Source: Candidatus Obscuribacteraceae bacterium (GTDB lineage: Bacteria; Cyanobacteriota; Vampirovibrionia; Obscuribacterales; Obscuribacteraceae). From it: a DNA stretch of 64,000 bases. The stretch is taken from contig JBGAHS010000004.1 in the NCBI GenBank assembly GCA_044226015.1, forward strand, positions 32,001 to 96,000. Reading direction: 5' to 3'. A program made the position numbers and the translations under genes. How positions within the stretch are numbered: position 1 is the stretch's first letter; the number at the start of each line of letters is the position of its first letter. The notes beneath the pieces are model-generated. The model was not told the DNA's origin. It saw nothing but the letters and a program-made list of their open reading frames with translations, and did no database searches. Positions 57,247 to 64,000 of this stretch are shown piece by piece.

Positions 57247-57798
57247 ATGAGCAAGGAATTCTTCAAGAAAGGAAATCGACGCGCAAGTTTGGGATCCGCA
57301 TCAGCGGAGTTGCCGCTTTGCCTTGCGATTTCTCTATTGATGTTTGCATTTCCTTTTACCGACTTGCTCTTCATTTCAGCGCGCTATGCGCTGGCTTTTG
57401 CAAGTTGTTCCGCAGCGGCTCGAGCTGCCGCAGCAGCTCCTGCTTTTATTACTAATCAACAAACATCATTATCTGCTGTCAATGTAAGCAAAGAAAAGCT
57501 CAGCGAGTGGTCCAGCAAATTCTCTGGAATTGCGCTGCAGCGATATACGACAGTTGTCCGCGGTTGCCCCATCCCAGCAGGTAAGAGCCCTACCGAATAC
57601 GCTAGTGTGCTTCCTCCGCAGGCTGCTGCAGACAGTGACTACGTTTATGTTTATGAAGTGCGTGCTTTGTTCAGCATAGAGCCATTGTTGAAACTCGATG
57701 GATTCTTATTCGGTCCGATACAGGGACTGAACGAGCCATTGCAAATTACCTGCGTGTGTCAGCGCGTTTGTGAAAAGCCAGAAACTCTGATCAAGTAA
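57247..57798 (+). CDS. TadE-like pseudopilin
   Basis: RRASLG|SASAE, hydrophobic helix, AARAAA. Confidence 0.78.
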   Translation: MSKEFFKKGNRRASLGSASAELPLCLAISLLMFAFPFTDLLFISARYALAFASCSAAARAAAAAPAFITNQQTSLSAVNVSKEKLSEWSSKFSGIALQRYTTVVRGCPIPAGKSPTEYASVLPPQAAADSDYVYVYEVRALFSIEPLLKLDGFLFGPIQGLNEPLQITCVCQRVCEKPETLIK

Positions 57799-57813
57799 TG
57801 CGGGGAAAATGAG

Positions 57814-59436
57814 ATGAAGACTTATCGTAGAAATCAAAAAGGACTAGTGGCGCTAATGGTGGCAGCGCTATCGCTCATTGTGCTGCTGATAGGTTTTTTT
57901 GCGGCGGAACTCTGGAAAGCAAATCTGGTGGCTTCGCATCTGCGTAACAGCTGCGATTCGGCAAGTGTTGCTGCTGCTGTTCGCCTTGTAAGCGCCCATG
58001 AGGATAACCCTGCTGAAGCTCGTTCTGCTGCGAAGAAGCTTGCGATCGAGGTTCTTAGATCCAATAGTGTTGCAGGCAACACTATGGAGAATGCTAGCGA
58101 GAGAAGTATAGACGAACTGCGCCAGTTGAGTCCTGGTGATGTTGCGTTCAACATCGATTTTCTCGATGAGAAGGGGCTTGCCTCGCCGACAGGCAAGCAT
58201 GTAAGAGTTCAAGCCGCTTACGGAACACCGCCACTTTCAGGGAAGCTCATAGGACTAAGTACATATCTTGTAAAAGCTGAGGGGCACTCAGCCGCAGCAA
58301 AATTAGACCTTGCATTCTGTCTCGACAATTCGTTGTCCATGGCTACTGATACACCTTGCGGGCTCTATCAGAGAATGCAAGATTATGGAGGTGCCGGCAG
58401 CAACCCAAATGGTGTCAACTATGTAACAGTTATGCCACCCGCTCTGCGCAACACTGCCGGCTCAGGTTTAATCGAACCTCTCTATTGTTCAGTTGCAAGT
58501 AAGAAGTTCCAATTTAATGCCACAATGCGCTGTCAGAGAGACAACATTGCTCTTGATCAGGGAACTTTGCCCGGAAATAAACCCGGCGACACGATAGCTT
58601 CAACTTCTTTTACCGATAGAGTTATCGTTCCTTCAAGCGGCGAATTCTCTAATCCTTTTGTAGCCCTGGAAGCTCAGCGTGGCAATCTTGATTCACTCGA
58701 TAATTTTGAAAAGAGTGGAGCCAAACAAGCATTGGCGGCATATGCTCCAGGTTTTAGTTGGCAACCGGGCAAGAAATACAAAGAGTTGTACGAGAAAGAA
58801 GCAGCGCCACTTGTTCAGCCCTATTCCAAGGCTAAGCAGGAAATCAAAAACTTCTTCGACCTTATGGAAAGAAACACGGACAGCCATTTTGCTCTAATTC
58901 CATTCTCGGCTGGGGCCGCCTCCGAGGAGGGTGGCAAGGCGCAGCAATGGAGAGTTGCTCCACGTGTGGGAGATGCGAATCAGACTTACTATCCTTTCGG
59001 AAAGGTTGAGCTGAACAAACATCAATCTAAATACAGTAAGGTGAAGTCTGAGATCGATACATATCGACTATTTGGTGGCACTGACACACCAGCTGCGATA
59101 AGAGAAGCAATTAAAACTCTATCTAACGACAATTTTTGCCGCTCTGATGCTAGAAAAGCCATGCTCGTTTTCACCGATGGTGAGCCCGCCGCTCCAAGCT
59201 ATCCCGATGGTGCGATTCCAGAGACTCTTAAAGCTGCAAAAGAAGCTGGCGCTAAAGGCATCACTATTTTTGCTGTTGGGTTTATTCATTCGGGTAGAGA
59301 TGCTACGGCTGAGAAGTGTTTGAACGATATGGTAAACAATGGTGCACCTGGAGGAAAAGCTTTTATTGTGCAAGACATAGAATCTCTGCACGATGTCTTC
59401 AGGCTGATGTCGCGACAGCTTGTAACTCTTGAGTAG
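57814..59436 (+). CDS. TadG-like pilus tip protein with vWA domain
   Basis: RRNQKG|LVAL; L...CDSASVAAA; MIDAS DNSLS, GGT, FTDG. Confidence 0.87.
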   Translation: MKTYRRNQKGLVALMVAALSLIVLLIGFFAAELWKANLVASHLRNSCDSASVAAAVRLVSAHEDNPAEARSAAKKLAIEVLRSNSVAGNTMENASERSIDELRQLSPGDVAFNIDFLDEKGLASPTGKHVRVQAAYGTPPLSGKLIGLSTYLVKAEGHSAAAKLDLAFCLDNSLSMATDTPCGLYQRMQDYGGAGSNPNGVNYVTVMPPALRNTAGSGLIEPLYCSVASKKFQFNATMRCQRDNIALDQGTLPGNKPGDTIASTSFTDRVIVPSSGEFSNPFVALEAQRGNLDSLDNFEKSGAKQALAAYAPGFSWQPGKKYKELYEKEAAPLVQPYSKAKQEIKNFFDLMERNTDSHFALIPFSAGAASEEGGKAQQWRVAPRVGDANQTYYPFGKVELNKHQSKYSKVKSEIDTYRLFGGTDTPAAIREAIKTLSNDNFCRSDARKAMLVFTDGEPAAPSYPDGAIPETLKAAKEAGAKGITIFAVGFIHSGRDATAEKCLNDMVNNGAPGGKAFIVQDIESLHDVFRLMSRQLVTLE

Positions 59437-59540
59437 TTCGCGCAGCCCTTTCGCTTTCACTTAGCCCAACTCAAATTCATATTACTAATCAATTCAATCT
59501 ATCTGCACAGAATTTACCGTTGTGAAAAAGGAGTCTCGAA

Positions 59541-60065
59541 ATGAAGAAATCGTCAATCCTCAGTTCAGTCTATTCTGCACAGGGGGTAGGGCGGCAGATT
59601 GGTAAGCGTTCCAGTCGCAGAAGTGTTGCCGGTAGAAATTGCCGCGGAACACTCTTTGCCGAACTTGCTGCCTCTCTTCCTATCTTCATAGCTATGCTTA
59701 CTTTAGGTCTTGATGCCAGTCTATGTGTTATGGCGCATTGCATCCTTGATGAGACCTGTGTTGATGCAGCGCGTGCTGCTTCTATGGCGCCTGATATTGA
59801 AACAGCATCAGCACGTGCTGCTGCTGTCGCGCGGATACATCAGCGCTCAGACATTGTGCCGACAGTAAGAATGGTGAAGTTTGACACCAAAGATGGCAAA
59901 TACCTTGATGGTCCTTACCTGGTGCTGGAAACTACGGTTAACTATAAGCTGCCATTTCCTATCATTGTTTTCTCTCAAACGATAACACCTGGTTCTATGG
60001 AATTGAAGCGGTTATATTCATATCCAATTCTTCCTGTAGCCCAGACCCCGCCAGCTTCTCCCTGA
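59541..60065 (+). CDS. TadE-like pseudopilin
   Basis: RNCRG|TLFAE, hydrophobic helix, DAARAA. Confidence 0.78.
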   Translation: MKKSSILSSVYSAQGVGRQIGKRSSRRSVAGRNCRGTLFAELAASLPIFIAMLTLGLDASLCVMAHCILDETCVDAARAASMAPDIETASARAAAVARIHQRSDIVPTVRMVKFDTKDGKYLDGPYLVLETTVNYKLPFPIIVFSQTITPGSMELKRLYSYPILPVAQTPPASP

Positions 60066-60115
60066 GCTTCAGTCGTTCGAAAGTGTGTGCCTTTCGTCGG
60101 GTGGACTGGGCGGAC

Positions 60116-60153
60116 AAACGGTTCTTGCACTATGCGGAGCGCAAGAACCGTTT
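60116..60153. terminator. probable bidirectional terminator between convergent genes
   Basis: AAACGGTTCTTGC...GCAAGAACCGTTT 13-bp stem. Confidence 0.75.
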
Positions 60154-60177
60154 CCTTTGATTTAGATTCGATGGATC

Positions 60178-61272
60178 TTATTTGCTTATGACGTTTGCAT
60201 GAATGTTTCTGAAATCACTAACAGTTGGCGCGGATGGTTTTGCTTTGCTTTCGACCCAATTGGTTGTGTACATGAGTGCGTTTGCACCATCCTTCTCAGT
60301 CATACTGTAATTCTTGTCGCCGGCCTTCCGAGTGGCGGGTTTTGAGTCAGCAGAGCTTAAAAAGGATTGCACATCTTGTGCTTTTGGAACCACAGCCGGT
60401 TTTGGCGGAGAGGCTTTATTATCACTTTCGGCTACTGCTTCTGCTGCGGCTGCTTTAATTAGTTTGGGGTACAACTTCTGGAAGAGTTTATTATTTGCAT
60501 AAACGTCCGCGGAATTTATTTTACCGTTGATGGCGAATGCCATTCCTACGATATCACTGCCAGTGGTGTCAACTTTACCAAGTTGTGTAATTACCTCCTG
60601 GCTGGCTTGCTTAACTTTTGCTGAGTCCATGGTCAATTCGAAGCTGCTTGGAGACGGCGCTGCGCAAGCGTTGCCTAATTTAGTCGAGAGCTTGCCTTGC
60701 ATTTTTGAGACTGACTCCCAAACAAAGCCCTGGTTGCCAGCTCTTTTCGCGGCTAACTTCAAGTCTTTACATGCAAGTTGATTTTTCGAAGAGTTGAAAC
60801 TAGCGGCTGACTCCGCACCTCTCTGTTGCCATCTTCCTTGTTCCACGCAAAATACAGGCAGTGGCTTGCTCGTTTTAGGTTGCAGCATCATGTCATATTG
60901 GATGGCTCTGTCTTGTTTGCCACCGCGCACAATATCACCTGATTGCAGAAAGACCACCTTGTCAGAGTTGTTAGTAACCTTCAGTTCATTGACATTGCTT
61001 GTTTCTTCAACCTTCACCATCTTTTGAGACAGCCCCTCATCCAATGTTAAGATCTCCTGTCCTTTCAAAGTTTCAGGACCTCTTATCAAATATATGCTCA
61101 GATTTTTGCTACAAATTGGCGCATCAATTTTATATTGACTCATGTTGTTAGCTTGAGTCGCCGGTTTGCTCTGTGCCTGAGCTGCAGGCGCGCTGTAGCC
61201 AGGTAACGTGCATTGCATCGTAGAAGCGAGCAATATACAGAAAGCAATTTTTTGCTTGACGGTTCCTTTCAT
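60178..61272 (-). CDS. secreted ARPP-1/DUF6569-like protein
   Basis: LTLDEGL, VNEL.V.N.SD..VFL..GDIV.GGKQDR, FCVEQGRW; signal peptide. Confidence 0.8.
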   Translation of the reverse strand: MKGTVKQKIAFCILLASTMQCTLPGYSAPAAQAQSKPATQANNMSQYKIDAPICSKNLSIYLIRGPETLKGQEILTLDEGLSQKMVKVEETSNVNELKVTNNSDKVVFLQSGDIVRGGKQDRAIQYDMMLQPKTSKPLPVFCVEQGRWQQRGAESAASFNSSKNQLACKDLKLAAKRAGNQGFVWESVSKMQGKLSTKLGNACAAPSPSSFELTMDSAKVKQASQEVITQLGKVDTTGSDIVGMAFAINGKINSADVYANNKLFQKLYPKLIKAAAAEAVAESDNKASPPKPAVVPKAQDVQSFLSSADSKPATRKAGDKNYSMTEKDGANALMYTTNWVESKAKPSAPTVSDFRNIHANVISK

Positions 61273-61437
61273 CTGAAAAGCCTCTCTCGGTACGGGCTGA
61301 ATTGCCCACACTGCAGTTTAGAAGAGCGGTAATGTCAAAATGGTGGAGATATGGATCATTTTCGATCAGGGTAAATACTGAGCACTCATGGGATAATTAG
61401 ACGTTGTATCGTCCAGAGAAGTCTATGTAGAGGTGTC

Positions 61438-62382
61438 GTGGTTAGAATAGAGTGCCGATGGCTGCATAGCCTTGCGCTTCGAGTTGTTTTCCTCGCACCG
61501 CTGTTACTCGTGATGACAGCTATACCCTTTCTTGCAAGCATAGCCAACGAGCCAGGAACTCAAATGAAGAAATGGAATTCGCTTCAGGCAATCGATATAC
61601 ATGCGCATATAGGAAGTTTCAAGGGCTTTGAGATGGGAAGGCAAGCGTTAATAGCCAACGTGAAACGCTACGGCATAAGAATGGCTCTGGTGTCGAATGT
61701 TGATGGTGCTGAGTTGCCAGGCATCACTGCTAACACAGGTCAACAAAAGGCTAACGAGGAAACTGAAAAGCTTGTTCTATCTGACCCACAACACTTCAGA
61801 GGTCTAATCTGGGTTACACCACATACTGCTAAATTGGAGTTAGCGAAGCATTTCATCGATTTGCGGCTGAAGGATGATGCTGATAAGCCCGTTTTTGTTG
61901 GAATGAAGTTTCATCCGGAGTTTGATCACTATTGGGCTGATGATTCTACCCTTGACCCATACCTGGACCTTTGCGAAGAAAACGGACTGGTTGCTGTCTT
62001 TCATTGCGGTGCACCTGGCTCTAAGTCTGAACCAGAACGCATCTACAAATCGGCAAAAAGACATCCGAAGGTTCCCGTAGTGCTTTACCATATGGGTTTT
62101 AATAGCGATCACCTTGATGCTATTTCAACAGTTGCTCAAGCTATCAAAAACAAAGATGCTGATCTGTACGTAGATACTGCGCAGTGCTCGACCACTGCCG
62201 TTGTCGCCGCTGTAAAACGATTGGGTGCTAATCGTGTGCTTTTTGGAACTGATGCAACATACTATGGCGGTGAACATTATCATCATTACGAAGAAATGAT
62301 AGATAAGCTTCGAGATGTTCTTTCCCCGCACGACTTTGCATTGGTCATGCGCGATAATGCGATAAGGCTTTTTCACCTTTAG
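61438..62382 (+). CDS. amidohydrolase_2 family metallohydrolase
   Basis: IDIHAH, GMKFHP, FHCG, YHMG, LFGTD. Confidence 0.92.
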   Translation: MVRIECRWLHSLALRVVFLAPLLLVMTAIPFLASIANEPGTQMKKWNSLQAIDIHAHIGSFKGFEMGRQALIANVKRYGIRMALVSNVDGAELPGITANTGQQKANEETEKLVLSDPQHFRGLIWVTPHTAKLELAKHFIDLRLKDDADKPVFVGMKFHPEFDHYWADDSTLDPYLDLCEENGLVAVFHCGAPGSKSEPERIYKSAKRHPKVPVVLYHMGFNSDHLDAISTVAQAIKNKDADLYVDTAQCSTTAVVAAVKRLGANRVLFGTDATYYGGEHYHHYEEMIDKLRDVLSPHDFALVMRDNAIRLFHL

Positions 62383-63482
62383 TTATTGGATTTGCTAGTT
62401 TGCCAATAACGGCGGACATCGATTTTCTCTAGCCCGCCGCCGCCCTTGACCCAGAATAAAGGCGCTTGCATATATGGAATATCGTGCTTTCCGAAGCCCA
62501 GGCTGTCCACAATCATGTCTGGATTGCTGTGAAAGCAAATGAAACTGCCGTCAAAGTCGCCAAAGTATTTGTTGCCCGCCACGCCATTTTCGCTAACTGC
62601 TAGCGCCATGTCCACGGGAATCCAACCTATATGCTCACAGTAGACTTCCGCTTTAACATGAAATTGACCTCGCATCGGAGTTGTACTATCCATGTCGGGC
62701 TCTGACTTCAGCCAACGACCGATCAATGGACGTGACGGAATGGAATTAGCTCTCATGATTGCACTAAACAAAAATGATAAGCCACCGCAATCGGTGGCAT
62801 TGCTTCTGCAAAGGTTTGAAACTGTTCTCAACTGGTTTTCATCAAAGTTATAAGAGTAGAGCTGCCTCAACTTTTGAAACACTCTCCAGGCAAAATCTAA
62901 GTCGCGCTCTTGAACTACTTTTCGTAGCCCTTTCTCCTGCATCCAATTTTGAAACTCCGGCGATTTGAAATCTAGAGTTTTCCCCGGAAGAAGATTCCAG
63001 TCTCTCTCTTGTATCGATAATATCTCTGATTGTCCGCTACCATTTACAAGCTTTTTAGCAAAGAGGCTCATTCTGTATTTTGCGGTGACCTTAAGGTGTT
63101 TTGTACCTTCAGAATTCTGCACCGGTACGATTATTTGAATTATTTTGCGGTGTAACTGACTCAGCTCGTCAACAAGGTTATATTCATGCGTTCTGCCAAA
63201 CACCATTACTTCGGCTCTTTTTAATTGCTGGCTGGTCTGCATTGTAGGAGGATATGGTTCATAAACTATCCACTCATTAGCGACTAGTTCTGGGGCTCGA
63301 ATGTCCATATCCAGTGCGCCATCGACTTCAGCTGCGCTCTTAAGTTCCAGATGGCATTCTTGCATTGGAAATTTGCTGATTTCATGAGCAAGTGCAGTAC
63401 GTTCTGGCATACCCGCGCAAAGAAACCACAGCATTGCCATTGCCAGCAATGAATAATGTATGGTCTTCGTCTTCACCAGCAT
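62379..63482 (-). CDS. secreted transglutaminase-like protein
   Basis: DCGG (C), FHVKAE (H), WIPVD (D). Confidence 0.88.
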   Translation of the reverse strand: MLVKTKTIHYSLLAMAMLWFLCAGMPERTALAHEISKFPMQECHLELKSAAEVDGALDMDIRAPELVANEWIVYEPYPPTMQTSQQLKRAEVMVFGRTHEYNLVDELSQLHRKIIQIIVPVQNSEGTKHLKVTAKYRMSLFAKKLVNGSGQSEILSIQERDWNLLPGKTLDFKSPEFQNWMQEKGLRKVVQERDLDFAWRVFQKLRQLYSYNFDENQLRTVSNLCRSNATDCGGLSFLFSAIMRANSIPSRPLIGRWLKSEPDMDSTTPMRGQFHVKAEVYCEHIGWIPVDMALAVSENGVAGNKYFGDFDGSFICFHSNPDMIVDSLGFGKHDIPYMQAPLFWVKGGGGLEKIDVRRYWQTSKSNN

Positions 63483-63487
63483 TCTGG

Positions 63488-64000
63488 TTATTTAGAGAAT
63501 AGCGCCTCTACGAATACCGGCGGCTCAAAGTCTCTGAGATCGTCTATTTTCTCGCCGAGACCGACTAACTTAACTGGCAAATTCAAGTCTTTGGCGATAC
63601 TGAATACGATGCCACCCTTTGCACTTCCATCAAGCTTACTTAGAATGACACCGGTCAGGGGGCAACTTTCGGCAAAAAGTTTTGCTTGCTGCAGTCCGTT
63701 TTGACCTACTGACGCATCGACTACTAGAAGCGATTCTACGCTGCATCCCTGAGCGTTTTTATCGAGAACTCCACGTATCTTTTTCAGCTCAGCCATAAGG
63801 TTTGCTTTGTTATGCAATCTACCTGCTGTGTCAATAATGAGCAGGTCGTAGGATTCTGCACGTGCACGCTCGATAGCCTTGTACACGACGGCGCCAGGGT
63901 CTGAACCATCAGGTAGTCTGACAATATCCACACCAGCGCGTTCTGCCCAAATTTCAAGTTGCGTCTCTGCTGCTGCTCTGAATGTATCGCCTGCTGCAAG
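63488..64000 (-). CDS. ftsY: SRP receptor FtsY, 3' part (5' end lies outside the window)
   Basis: DTFRAAA, DTAGRL, GQN, SKLDGSAKGG, GLGE..DL. Confidence 0.97.
   Translation of the reverse strand, partial: LAAGDTFRAAAETQLEIWAERAGVDIVRLPDGSDPGAVVYKAIERARAESYDLLIIDTAGRLHNKANLMAELKKIRGVLDKNAQGCSVESLLVVDASVGQNGLQQAKLFAESCPLTGVILSKLDGSAKGGIVFSIAKDLNLPVKLVGLGEKIDDLRDFEPPVFVEALFSK

Noticed and set aside
1..64000. Mobile elements, prophage or known defence systems
   Set aside because: No integrase, transposase, phage structural, restriction or toxin-antitoxin genes recognised.

Overview
Bacterial chromosomal window with about 55 CDS. I found no rRNA, tRNA, CRISPR array, prophage or IS element. Cyanobacteria-like housekeeping genes (rpsO-pnp, hup, rsfS, a 7Fe ferredoxin, thrB, galM, the 3' part of ftsY) without photosynthesis genes suggest a non-photosynthetic Melainabacteria/Vampirovibrionia genome, probably Obscuribacterales-like (inference). 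Best candidate for an undescribed system: four dispersed genes (16.9, 28.0, 46.5 and 47.9 kb) whose proteins lack a Sec signal peptide but share a polar N-terminal leader ending in LP-x-[LM]-x-[LI]-(x)-D. Each ends in a different lytic domain: RlpA-like, C39 peptidase, trypsin-like or SleB-like. Two of them share a ~96-aa LysM-like domain, and two share a 28-bp upstream DNA motif. Other notable items: two orphan Tad pseudopilin cassettes each next to an OmpR-type two-component pair, an Ivy with a non-canonical loop, a Hanks kinase with a degenerate hydrolase ectodomain, a redoxin/heme-c copper monooxygenase/GH13 operon, and a glycosyltransferase cluster around a small Cys- and Tyr/Asp-rich ORF. 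All functional calls come from motif recognition by eye; no database search was run.
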